A program made the translations under genes and the position numbers. DNA of 64,000 nt from a virus (Duplodnaviria; Heunggongvirae; Uroviricota; Caudoviricetes): the IMG/VR virus record IMGVR_UViG_3300026122_000001, one strand, 5' to 3'. Positions within the stretch are counted from its first letter, which is position 1; every line of letters starts with the position of its first letter. Positions 56,023 through 64,000 of the stretch are shown in pieces. The notes under the pieces are model-generated. The model was not told the DNA's origin. It saw nothing but the letters and a program-made list of their open reading frames with translations, and made no database searches.

Positions 56023-56096
56023 CGGGGTGTAGCGCAGTCTGGCAGCGCGCCTGGTTTGGGGCCAGGATGTCGAAGGTTCAAATCCTTTCACCCCGA
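56023..56096 (+). tRNA. tRNA-Pro(UGG), CCA not encoded
   Basis: Acceptor CGGGGTG/CACCCCG, discriminator A, anticodon arm CCTGG-TTTGGGG-CCAGG, T arm GAAGG-TTCAAAT-CCTTT. Confidence 0.93.
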
Positions 56097-56115
56097 CTTT
56101 CGTTCTTCTACAGAG

Positions 56116-56448
56116 ATGACTATGAAAGTCCATGAGTTGATAACGGTGTTGCTTACGTTTCCGCAAATGGCAGAAGTTCTGGGCACCCGTGAGGGTACTC
56201 GGGTCCCGTTTGAGGCTTACCTGGCCTCTGACGGGAGCGCTATGATGGACACCGAAGATGCCCGATTCAAAATGCTGCACCAAAGCACCCAGTGCGAGGT
56301 GTGTGGCATGCTGGCGAGTGGCCGCCCATGGGGCGACCATGCCGTCTGTGGTAAACATTGGACTAAGTTCAACCCGGGTAACTGGGGCCTACCACCGATC
56401 GAAGCCTTTAACAAAGCCTTTAATGGAGACACACATGAGAGCCCGTGA
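56116..56448 (+). CDS. Hypothetical protein with zinc ribbon
   Basis: MKVHELITVLLTFPQMAEV; CEVC...CGKH. Confidence 0.55.
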   Translation: MTMKVHELITVLLTFPQMAEVLGTREGTRVPFEAYLASDGSAMMDTEDARFKMLHQSTQCEVCGMLASGRPWGDHAVCGKHWTKFNPGNWGLPPIEAFNKAFNGDTHESP

Positions 56449-56602
56449 CATTGCGTTGGACGAACTCAAGGTCGCCGCCCGCGACCATTACCAACACCTA
56501 CTCAACAGGCTACAGAAGCCACTTTACTCAGCTTGGGGGAAGTGTGTGCTGGCCACAGTCAACATCGCCGCCTTGGCCATCGTAGGGTTGCTGCACGCAT
56601 GA
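56435..56602 (+). CDS. Small hypothetical protein with C-terminal TM
   Basis: SD GGAG; ATGA coupling. Confidence 0.45.
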   Translation: MRARDIALDELKVAARDHYQHLLNRLQKPLYSAWGKCVLATVNIAALAIVGLLHA

Positions 56603-57030
56603 GCTTCGAGAAGCAGTATCCCAATCGCAAGGATCACCGGGCCCCATACACATTCCGTGATGGCTCGCAGCGATTCGATAAGTCTTGTCGCCCTGGTGGG
56701 TGTTGCCCGTATTGTAAGTCGGGCCGCCACCATGCGCAACACCGTGACGAAGCGGATGCTGACGCCCAAATTGAAGATTTCCACAACCGTGAGGCTATCG
56801 AAGCCGACGAGCAAGCCCAGCTAGAATGGGATCAAATGTGGGACGACATGGAGGCCCAAGATCAGGATGAATTGCGTGCGTGGGAAGACTGGCAGTACGG
56901 CAAATCCTGGGATGACGAAGATCGCGTAGACTACTACGACGATTGGACGTTCCGCTGCAACATGGAGAACGACCTAGACATTTTGGACCCCTTGGATGAT
57001 GAGTTAGGAGACAATCATGACTCTGGATGA
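56599..57030 (+). CDS. Hypothetical protein: basic Cys/His N-domain plus very acidic Trp-rich C-domain
   Basis: FDKSCRPGGCCPYCKSGRHH; DEW-rich tail. Confidence 0.6.
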   Translation: MSFEKQYPNRKDHRAPYTFRDGSQRFDKSCRPGGCCPYCKSGRHHAQHRDEADADAQIEDFHNREAIEADEQAQLEWDQMWDDMEAQDQDELRAWEDWQYGKSWDDEDRVDYYDDWTFRCNMENDLDILDPLDDELGDNHDSG

Positions 57031-57922
57031 TTTTCTCCAGTTGGAACCCTGGGACCAGTACCGTGCCTACCTGCAACTGAAGGCTTCGTTGCACTCTTAT
57101 GGTCCCTGCCTACTTTGGAATGAGCAGGACGTGGAGCTTATTCCCGGGATGGGCCGGAACCTTGCCCGCCAGGTATTGTATTACTTCGCGAGCGGGGAGA
57201 AGGTCAAAACTGTACACCCAGTATGCAACCATCGTGAGTGCGTCAACCCATCACACTGCTACCCGATCGAAAACATCGCGGTGCGGAAAACCTGTTGGGA
57301 TCATATCCGGAAGTTTTCTAAGAAGCTTGGTGACTGCAATATCTGGTGTGGTGGGCCCGTCAAGAGTTTTCAGACCTACTATGACAAGCCTTCTAGCTGC
57401 TCTATTGCACAACTCGCCTACGAGCTTCATTATGGTGTGAAATTCTTTGCCAAAGCTAGATTCACCACGACATGTGGTGTGCCCAATTGTATCACACCTT
57501 CGCATTTGATGCCTGTCAGCCCTGCGTTTGTGCAGCACTGGCAAGAACCTACAAACGAAACCTTGGCCCAATCCTTGTTGTGGTATGTCACCACCAAACT
57601 CAAGCCGACACCCGAGACGGGATGCAGAATCTGGCCACATGGTACAAATAACGGGCGCAGCCCAGTTATCAAGATAGGCGAGAAGCGATTCAGTGTACAC
57701 AAACTGCTGCACTATTATGCTTATGGTCCCCCAACATCTGATGCTATGCTGACCACCAACACCGCATGCAAAAACAAAATGTGTGTGGAACCAAACCATC
57801 TCAGCGTGCGGGGTTTATATCACACCGACCAAAAGCTGGGCATGCCCACAGAAATAGATTTGTCAGCCGCACCCGATCTGGTCAACCTACAACAATCAGA
57901 GAGTGTCGTGAAAACTGCTTGA
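57017..57922 (+). CDS. Protein with three tandem degenerate HNH/His-Cys (beta-beta-alpha-Me-like) repeats
   Basis: CLLW..., CNHRECVNPSH; CNIWCG..., CGVPNCITPSHL; CRIWP..., CKNKMCVEPNHL. Confidence 0.7.
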   Translation: MTLDDFLQLEPWDQYRAYLQLKASLHSYGPCLLWNEQDVELIPGMGRNLARQVLYYFASGEKVKTVHPVCNHRECVNPSHCYPIENIAVRKTCWDHIRKFSKKLGDCNIWCGGPVKSFQTYYDKPSSCSIAQLAYELHYGVKFFAKARFTTTCGVPNCITPSHLMPVSPAFVQHWQEPTNETLAQSLLWYVTTKLKPTPETGCRIWPHGTNNGRSPVIKIGEKRFSVHKLLHYYAYGPPTSDAMLTTNTACKNKMCVEPNHLSVRGLYHTDQKLGMPTEIDLSAAPDLVNLQQSESVVKTA

Positions 57923-57947
57923 CATCAAAACGCAACCAGAATATAAT
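57919..57947 (+). promoter_or_regulatory. Perfect consensus sigma70 promoter
   Basis: TTGACA-17 nt-TATAAT; the -35 box contains the upstream TGA stop. Confidence 0.9.
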
Positions 57948-57978
57948 GGACTTGAACTAACACCCCAAAGGATTACGC

Positions 57979-58359
57979 ATGAAATATCTCGCCTCCCCAT
58001 ACACACATGGTAGTGCCAGCGTGCGAGCACTTCGATACGAGTGGGCTTGCAGTGCTGCTTCGCATTTCATGTTGCAGGGTACACACATGTTGTCACCGAT
58101 TGCATTCTCGCATCCGGTTGCCAAGTATGGGCTCCCCACTGACTGGGCCTACTGGGCTGACTATGACTCTTGGTGTCTGGAGGTGTGCGATGAACTCTGG
58201 GTCCTGATGCTAATTGGCTGGGAAGACAGCGTCGGAGTGACTGCGGAGATCGAACTGGCGACTCAACTTGGCATGCCTATCAGGTATATCAAAGTGAACG
58301 GCACAATCGACCAACCTGTGTTCCAGATGTTTGACCCCTCCGACCCCGAGGCATCATGA
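57979..58359 (+). CDS. DUF1937 / nucleoside 2-deoxyribosyltransferase-fold protein
   Basis: YLASPYTH...LSPIAFSHP...WADYD...CDELWVLMLIGWEDSVGVTAEIELA. Confidence 0.75.
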   Translation: MKYLASPYTHGSASVRALRYEWACSAASHFMLQGTHMLSPIAFSHPVAKYGLPTDWAYWADYDSWCLEVCDELWVLMLIGWEDSVGVTAEIELATQLGMPIRYIKVNGTIDQPVFQMFDPSDPEAS

Positions 58360-58706
58360 GCATCAAAAAGACACATCATGTTTCGGTCCAGTTTGATTGT
58401 ATGGTACGGGGCTGCACGGCCAAAGAGGCCAAGGTCTTACTGAGGCAATGGTTCGGTGACCGGGAGTATTTTCGGTTGGTGGTGGAATTTGAACTGCTGT
58501 CAGTGACCATACTCAATCAACAGCATGTTGGCGAATACTTTGAGATCGAAGCTCGTGTAGACTGGAACATTCGAGGTCTGGTGGATGACGAATTCATGGG
58601 AGGAATTTTCAAGACCATTTGTAGCACAACCTGTGGCCCGACAGACACGGTGCTTGTTAATGCCTGGGATATCCCCATAATGGAGGAGCGACAGTGTTCT
58701 CCCTAG
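58356..58706 (+). CDS. Hypothetical protein
   Basis: ATGA coupling. Confidence 0.55.
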   Translation: MSIKKTHHVSVQFDCMVRGCTAKEAKVLLRQWFGDREYFRLVVEFELLSVTILNQQHVGEYFEIEARVDWNIRGLVDDEFMGGIFKTICSTTCGPTDTVLVNAWDIPIMEERQCSP

Positions 58707-59146
58707 ACCATGCTTCACTGCGGTTGGAAGACGAGCTTGTCTGGCTGGGTATCGCTCCAGTTGGGTTGGCATGGGTATTTCAGGCTCAGATTTTGGCACC
58801 CAATCGTGCAGGCGGTGTCGACAGACGGACTCACATGGGTTGCGAGATTGTTGGCTACACCAGTTTGAAGCCCGACTCACTACCTGCCCCATATGTGCAA
58901 ACACCCGCAGGCGGGCCCTTGTTTTTGAGACGTGTGTTTTACCTGTCACCAGATTGGGACCACGCCTTCACCCCTGACGAACTACCGGACGATCTTGTGG
59001 TGAAGCCTGATACCATCGAACCCGGACATGTGGGTTTGATGCCCTGGAGCACTGAGGAATGGATCGTCAGCGATGACTTTGATGACGATGATTTCGATGA
59101 CGATGACGAGGATGAGGATGGCGATGCGGATACCAACGGCATATAG
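58694..59146 (+). CDS. Hypothetical protein with poly-Asp tail
   Basis: IVGYTSL...RRVFYL; DDFDDDDFDDDDEDEDGD. Confidence 0.6.
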   Translation: MFSLDHASLRLEDELVWLGIAPVGLAWVFQAQILAPNRAGGVDRRTHMGCEIVGYTSLKPDSLPAPYVQTPAGGPLFLRRVFYLSPDWDHAFTPDELPDDLVVKPDTIEPGHVGLMPWSTEEWIVSDDFDDDDFDDDDEDEDGDADTNGI

Positions 59147-59824
59147 ATACAGCACGGCGGCCAAGACCATCGCGGCTCTCCAGTGGTTGAAGTTAGCAAA
59201 ACAGTATCGCCGGGTTCGGGTAACGATCCCGGTCACGATTCTTAGGGGTATCAGTCACAAAACTGGCTGGCCACCCAGCCTGACGTTGGCTCGGGGTGAA
59301 GCAGCCATAGAGGGAGCCAATCAGTATTGGAAACAGTACGGGATTCGCTTCAAAGTTGTCGGCAAACATACCTACACACTTTGTAGCTGGGCGGCTGTTT
59401 TTGGCGACCACCTCGGAAATGGCAATTTACCTCGCGTCATACGCAACTATGAAGCTCAGTACAACTCATTGATTGTCTTGTTGCCTGAGCGTTTCACAAT
59501 GGCATCAAGGTTGCTAGGAATCGCGAGACTGTTGGTACTTGCTCCAGCGACAGGAATGGCATGGCGATTACGCACCCTGCATGGCAAATAGCGTCCCATG
59601 AACTTGCCCATATATTATGTGGCACTTACCATCTCAACTTCCCGGATGGTGATAATCATAACGTCTTGGCGGGTAATGGCGATGCCAGTCTTACACAGAC
59701 TAAGGAAGACATCCCGCTACTAGCCTGGCAAGCTTATGAAGCCCACCACCATGCGCGGATGCTTGCCGCCCGATATAACTCCCAGGAGGTTACGAATGTT
59801 GCGCAAGCTACGGAAGCTGCTTAA
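59124..59824 (+). pseudogene. HExxH zinc metalloprotease paralogue 1, split by a -1 frame change near 59489-59530
   Basis: N-part (to LLPERF) and C-part (TVGTCSSDRNGMAITHPAWQIASHELAH) are each colinear with 59796-60470. Confidence 0.7.
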
Positions 59825-60470
59825 CGCCAAACCACGATACACCCCCACCCCCACGCTGTGTATCCTGATTGTCGGGGCATTGTATTGGTGGTATCCGGCA
59901 AGTCATGTGGCGGTGGAAACTGTCATACCTGTGACCGTGGTTCGACTCTGTGGGCATCATAGTGCTTTTTGTATGTCCCATCAGCAAGGTATCGCGGCCG
60001 TGGAGGGTGCAAGCCGTTATTGGGAGCAATACGGGATCAAACTGCAAGTTGTGGGTGTCGATACCATCAATAGCTGTGCCTGGTCGCAAATTTCAGGCAA
60101 CGGTAAGGGGCTAGGCGAGACGACTCGCATCACCAGGATACTCGAAGCCGAATACAACACGCTGGTGGTGGTACTGCCAGAAGGTTTTACTGAACTTGAC
60201 GGGTCAGGTGCGCCCTATATCGCTGGGCTTGCTTCCGTGGGTCGCAATGGGTTTGCGTTGGCTATGACAGACTGGCGGGTCGCGGCCCACGAGATGGCTC
60301 ATGTGCTTTGTGGCTGCTACCACACCCGTTGGTTTATTCAACCAAACAACATCCTGGAATCCGGATTGTCTAACGATCACTTACCAAAGGAGGAAATACG
60401 GTTGACGGCATGGCAAGCCTATGTGGCTCGCAAACATGCAAAGAAACTCGCGGCAAGATACAGCCAATAA
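59796..60470 (+). CDS. Membrane-anchored HExxH zinc metalloprotease (metzincin-like), paralogue 2
   Basis: SD AGGAGG; TM TLCILIVGALYWW; AAHEMAHVLCGCYH. Confidence 0.75.
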   Translation: MLRKLRKLLNAKPRYTPTPTLCILIVGALYWWYPASHVAVETVIPVTVVRLCGHHSAFCMSHQQGIAAVEGASRYWEQYGIKLQVVGVDTINSCAWSQISGNGKGLGETTRITRILEAEYNTLVVVLPEGFTELDGSGAPYIAGLASVGRNGFALAMTDWRVAAHEMAHVLCGCYHTRWFIQPNNILESGLSNDHLPKEEIRLTAWQAYVARKHAKKLAARYSQ

Positions 60471-60492
60471 CCAACGCCACAAGGAATTCGCA

Positions 60493-60891
60493 ATGGCCCG
60501 CAATTTTACAAAAGCTGATGTACGCGAACTGCTCAAAGTCTTAGCAGACAGTATGGTCCCACTGGATGTGATGACAAGCCGGTCAGCAAGAAACACAACA
60601 AAGAAACGCATGCTGTTGGCCAACAAAATCGCTGGCCGGGAGGTTTATAAGCGGCGTTTCCTCTCACAGGGTGAGTTTATGTTTCTGAAACTGGTATATC
60701 GGGCCACGGGCCCGGCTATTGGTGCCCAAAAGGTCCGGTACAGTCGTCTTCAGACGACGAAACGTAAGTATGCGACACAATTCCTGGCCGCCGGGCTGGT
60801 GGAACTGACAGAAGACCCAATGTTCGGCAATGACCCTGATGTACTCAACATCACCGACCTGGGTATGGCAACACTTTTCATGCGGAGGTAA
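60493..60891 (+). CDS. Basic hypothetical protein (possibly winged-helix)
   Basis: SD AAGGA; FLAAGLVELT...LNITDLG C-terminus. Confidence 0.55.
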   Translation: MARNFTKADVRELLKVLADSMVPLDVMTSRSARNTTKKRMLLANKIAGREVYKRRFLSQGEFMFLKLVYRATGPAIGAQKVRYSRLQTTKRKYATQFLAAGLVELTEDPMFGNDPDVLNITDLGMATLFMRR

Positions 60892-60893
60892 CG

Positions 60894-61370
60894 ATGGGCG
60901 AACAACGACGGCTAATCATTACGGTTGGATACCCCCGGTGTGGCAAATCAACTTGGGCACTGGACACTGGGCTGCCCATTGTGTCCAGTGATGCCATCCG
61001 GTTGGCGCTGTTTGGTAGCCTGTGGAGTGAAGCCCACGAACATCTGGTGTTGCCGTTGGCAAAGACCATCGTGCATTCGTTGTTCCATGCTGGGCATGAC
61101 CGTGTGATTTGGGACTCGGTCAATATCACCAAAGCCCTCCGGTCTTTCTGGCGGCCGACGCCTGAATTGTTGTGGGATCGCACCTACAAGATTTTTGACG
61201 TGTCCCCAGAAGTCTGTAAGCAACGGGCAGACGACACACACCAATCTTACCTGAAGGGTGTGATTGACCGCATGGAGGCTCAATTTGAGCCCGTTACTGC
61301 CGATGAGTACGGAAACGAGTCTGTTTGTGGCCGTGGCGAGGAAGATTTTGTCCCACAGGTGCCTGAATGA
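60894..61370 (+). CDS. P-loop kinase (AAA_33 / polynucleotide kinase-like)
   Basis: TVGYPRCGKSTW, IVSSDAIR, VIWDSVNI, EVCKQRA. Confidence 0.85.
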   Translation: MGEQRRLIITVGYPRCGKSTWALDTGLPIVSSDAIRLALFGSLWSEAHEHLVLPLAKTIVHSLFHAGHDRVIWDSVNITKALRSFWRPTPELLWDRTYKIFDVSPEVCKQRADDTHQSYLKGVIDRMEAQFEPVTADEYGNESVCGRGEEDFVPQVPE

Positions 61371-62428
61371 TCGAATTGGAGCTATTTTCTGCATGCGTGC
61401 AGGCCAATGGTGCCGATAGCTGTTGGCCCTACCAGGGTGGTCCGACCTTTTTGATCGACGGGAAGCATCACACACCCGATCGAGCTTGCTTGATCCTGCA
61501 TAAGGTCAACATCCATGGCAAGCGTGTTACGCATACATGTGGGAATCCCATGTGTGTCAACCTGAAACATCTGCGGGTGAATGGGCGATACATTAGGGTG
61601 CTGCCAAAACTGTTCCCCATGACTGATATCGAACGGTACTGGTTCGATGTGGACAAGACCGGCCCGCATTGGACTTGGCTGGGTCCGCCACGGATAGAAC
61701 GTGGCAAAAAGAAGATGGCACCAAAGGTCTACATGGCCGAGCTTTATGGCCGTCCTGGTTGCAAAGCAAAAGACATCACGTCGACTTGCGGTGACCCAAA
61801 ATGTGTGGACCCAAAACACTTGTTGCTGAATGGCGAACCGTTCAAAAAAGCTTGCCCAGGTTTGGCCATGGCTACCAAGGAAGACAAGTTCTGGGGTAAC
61901 ATCACGGAAATGCCCTATGATGGCTGTCATATCTGGACGGGTCAGACTACACCCACTGGAGAGCCCAAGTTCTGGAATGTGTTTGAATACATACCAGCCC
62001 GCTTTTTGGTCGCCAAATACCTTGATCTCGGTTTCTTACCGGCAAAAGGGGCTGCCGGGCGTACATGTGGTGATATCCGTTGCGTAAAATCCACACATTT
62101 CGTTGATCCACGACCCCTTGAAGAGAAATGGCGTGCGCATTTCCTCGTTCGAGACTGTGGCCATACGCTTGAGGGTCGCCCCTCCCCATGCTGGTTGTGG
62201 GCTGGCGGAACCCGCTACCGCATATGGCGTGGATTTGTCCCGGACGAATTCGAGCTTAGGAAACCCATTTCTCCCGAGCGTGTATCGCTGCTGGTGGCAG
62301 GCCGTGGTGCATACATGGGCAAAATAACACACGAGTGTGGCCAGGAAACGTGCGGCCATCCGGATCATCTTACCCGTGTCCGGGGTCTATCGTTCGATCA
62401 ACGGGAATTAAGAGAAGATAGAGCTTGA
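61367..62428 (+). CDS. Protein with four tandem degenerate HNH/His-Cys repeats (paralogue of 57017-57922)
   Basis: CWPYQG..VTHTCGNPMCVNLKHL; WTWLG..TCGDPKCVDPKHL; CHIWTG..TCGDIRCVKSTH; CWLWAG..THECGQETCGHPDHL. Confidence 0.72.
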   Translation: MIELELFSACVQANGADSCWPYQGGPTFLIDGKHHTPDRACLILHKVNIHGKRVTHTCGNPMCVNLKHLRVNGRYIRVLPKLFPMTDIERYWFDVDKTGPHWTWLGPPRIERGKKKMAPKVYMAELYGRPGCKAKDITSTCGDPKCVDPKHLLLNGEPFKKACPGLAMATKEDKFWGNITEMPYDGCHIWTGQTTPTGEPKFWNVFEYIPARFLVAKYLDLGFLPAKGAAGRTCGDIRCVKSTHFVDPRPLEEKWRAHFLVRDCGHTLEGRPSPCWLWAGGTRYRIWRGFVPDEFELRKPISPERVSLLVAGRGAYMGKITHECGQETCGHPDHLTRVRGLSFDQRELREDRA

Positions 62429-62452
62429 CATTCTGATTTTTTGTGGTAAGCT
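62425..62452 (+). promoter_or_regulatory. sigma70 promoter (extended -10)
   Basis: TTGACA-16 nt-TAAGCT with TG extension; the -35 box contains the upstream TGA stop. Confidence 0.65.
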
Positions 62453-62489
62453 ATAGTAAGGAACCGCCGCATAGGTCAAGGAACACATT

Positions 62490-62690
62490 ATGCCCAATCC
62501 GCCAGTCGTTACTGTCAGCCTCGGAAAAGAAGCTGAATTTGAGAACCGCTGTGAAGAGCTTATCTGCCAGGGCTACAAGCTCTCGTCGACCAGTTGTGGT
62601 TTTGCGAATTCAGAACAGTACGACTTCTGTGGCGTGTACCAGGCGATATTTGTCGACCCGGAGGTCATGGCCCGATGGAAAAGCTACTGA
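62490..62690 (+). CDS. Small hypothetical protein
   Basis: SD AAGGA; first gene after the promoter. Confidence 0.55.
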   Translation: MPNPPVVTVSLGKEAEFENRCEELICQGYKLSSTSCGFANSEQYDFCGVYQAIFVDPEVMARWKSY

Positions 62691-62986
62691 AACTCATAGG
62701 ATATATGTTGGTTGGGACGATTGTAGGCCTTATCAGCATCAGCGTGTGCGAAATGATCTCCGTTGAGTCTGCCAAGGAATACCGAGATGCCATTTTGGTT
62801 GTGGGGCCTATTCTCACGGGGGGTGTTTATCTTTATGAATTGGGATTTACTGACATAAGGGGGCAGCAATGCTTCGAGACCTTGAGTGGAACACGACACA
62901 CTACACAAACTACAAAGCCATCGTTGGCTATTTTGCAATGTGGTCAGTCCGGCAGCTTGAATTCTCGCATGTGCCGCCAAATCTGA
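62675..62986 (+). CDS. Putative 2-TM membrane protein
   Basis: LIGYMLVGTIVGLISI and AILVVGPILTGGVYLY; 3-prime end overlaps the next ORF. Confidence 0.35.
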   Translation: MEKLLKLIGYMLVGTIVGLISISVCEMISVESAKEYRDAILVVGPILTGGVYLYELGFTDIRGQQCFETLSGTRHTTQTTKPSLAILQCGQSGSLNSRMCRQI

Positions 62987-63228
62987 CGGAGGTCGTTGAG
63001 TATCTTTCTGAGTCACTCCGCAACGATACGATCTTTGACGACGCCGGGTGGGCCAATCTCACGCTGAATGACATCGAAAAGAAGCTGCGTGACATTTTGA
63101 TGGCCTATCGGCCGTTTCTTCAATGGAATAACATCGAGGCGTTGGCCGACTGGCTTGATTTGGATGCATTGATCCGCAATGTGCTGGTTTCGCTCCGTGA
63201 CGAAAACAGAGGCTACGAGGAATCATGA
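62869..63228 (+). CDS. Hypothetical protein
   Basis: ORF track; ATGA coupling. Confidence 0.55.
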   Translation: MLRDLEWNTTHYTNYKAIVGYFAMWSVRQLEFSHVPPNLTEVVEYLSESLRNDTIFDDAGWANLTLNDIEKKLRDILMAYRPFLQWNNIEALADWLDLDALIRNVLVSLRDENRGYEES

Positions 63229-63548
63229 CACACTCCATCGTAATCACCGGCTCGCCGTGCCACCACTTCCGGTTCTTTGGCCCCTTCAACTCGCATGAGG
63301 CCGCGACCGACTGGGCGAAGAAGTATGCGCCAGCCGGGGAGCCCTACTGGGTTCAACCGCTGATTAACGCTGTGGATCATCGTAGCCACCTGAATGCCAA
63401 TATGATTGTGACTGGCAACATTGTCGACGGGTTGACGTACTATGGCCCGTTCACCACCGAGAAGGACGCCATGTCCTGGGCCAGAAAGAACATTCAGGAC
63501 CGCGAATTCCTACATGAGCGGCTAACTCATGTCAAGGAGCCCACATGA
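63225..63548 (+). CDS. Hypothetical protein with an internal duplication
   Basis: IVITG....FRFFGPFNSHEAATDWAK repeated as IVTGN....LTYYGPFTTEKDAMSWAR. Confidence 0.6.
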   Translation: MTHSIVITGSPCHHFRFFGPFNSHEAATDWAKKYAPAGEPYWVQPLINAVDHRSHLNANMIVTGNIVDGLTYYGPFTTEKDAMSWARKNIQDREFLHERLTHVKEPT

Positions 63549-63636
63549 GAGTACAAATTCTAGTTGGTATAGCAATAATAGCCCTGGTATTGGGCCTAGT
63601 GACCACCGTTCAAGTCATGATGAGGGGATTTCACAA

Positions 63637-63966
63637 ATGATTGTACAACCGATAGTAGGGCAACGCTACTGGTGGCCGCACCTTCATCAAGTCCTGGAAA
63701 TTGTGGTCGAGCAAGTTTTCAGCCACCCACGGGACGGCTTGATAGTGCGATTCCCGGTGCCCCATGATTTGTGCGCGACCATGCAACCGAATGGGACCCA
63801 TATCAATGTGAGCCATCGCCACATATTTAACACCCAATCAGAGGCATTGCAAACTGCATTGGACCACACGCGACAAGCATTACGCAACCATGAGACCGAC
63901 GGTGTAATCCTTCGAGTGCGGCTCCAGGACCTTGAACAACTAGAATCCGAACTGGGGACTACATAA
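63637..63966 (+). CDS. Hypothetical protein
   Basis: SD GAGGGG before ATG 63637. Confidence 0.55.
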   Translation: MIVQPIVGQRYWWPHLHQVLEIVVEQVFSHPRDGLIVRFPVPHDLCATMQPNGTHINVSHRHIFNTQSEALQTALDHTRQALRNHETDGVILRVRLQDLEQLESELGTT

Positions 63967-64000
63967 TGGCACGCGCTTACTCAATCTGGATTTGTCGACT

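Larger units (their letters stand above)
1..64000. mobile_element. Segment of a large tailed bacteriophage genome (siphovirus-like); late structural arm on minus strand, early/accessory arm on plus strand
   Basis: Terminase, portal, scaffold, coat, tail tube, chaperone and tape measure in canonical order; dense overlapping start/stop junctions; no host housekeeping operon or integrase in window. Confidence 0.95.

Noticed and set aside
1-64000. Definite host assignment (e.g. Planctomycetota)
   Set aside because: Suggested only by the style of the protease/thioredoxin cassette; it cannot be supported without homology searches.

Overview
This window is part of a large tailed-phage genome (Caudoviricetes, siphovirus-like: tape measure and tail tube present, no sheath seen), with bacterial Shine-Dalgarno sites and sigma70 promoters. 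It has two divergent arms that meet at about 47.1-47.35 kb. The minus-strand late arm runs TerS, holin-like gene, a Tat-exported papain-family protease with a secreted thioredoxin, TerL, portal, head-tail connector, scaffold, P22-like coat, about seven head accessory genes, tail terminator and tube, a G/GT chaperone with a hidden -1 frame, tape measure, three paralogous ~350-aa tail proteins, and two giant virion proteins. The giants are a 4895-aa protein and a >=1641-aa protein that is missing from the ORF track because it runs off the window. Both are built from a strict ~20-aa repeat interrupted by YWTD/LDL-receptor-like beta-propellers. The plus-strand early arm carries a Pol-beta-like nucleotidyltransferase, IscS-type cysteine desulfurase, a frame-split RF2 homologue with GGQ changed to GDQ, a NUMOD4-HNH endonuclease, a secreted non-specific nuclease, NDK, a Thg1-like protein lacking catalytic Asp residues, tRNA-Pro(UGG), two tandem-HNH-repeat proteins, a DUF1937-like protein, two HExxH metalloproteases (one split) and a P-loop kinase. 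The best candidates for a new system are: (1) the endolysin-less Tat-protease/thioredoxin/holin cassette inserted between TerS and TerL; (2) the giant repeat/propeller fibres; and (3) the degenerate translation-factor set (RF2-GDQ, Thg1-like, tRNA-Pro). All family calls come from motif recognition by eye; no database searches were run.
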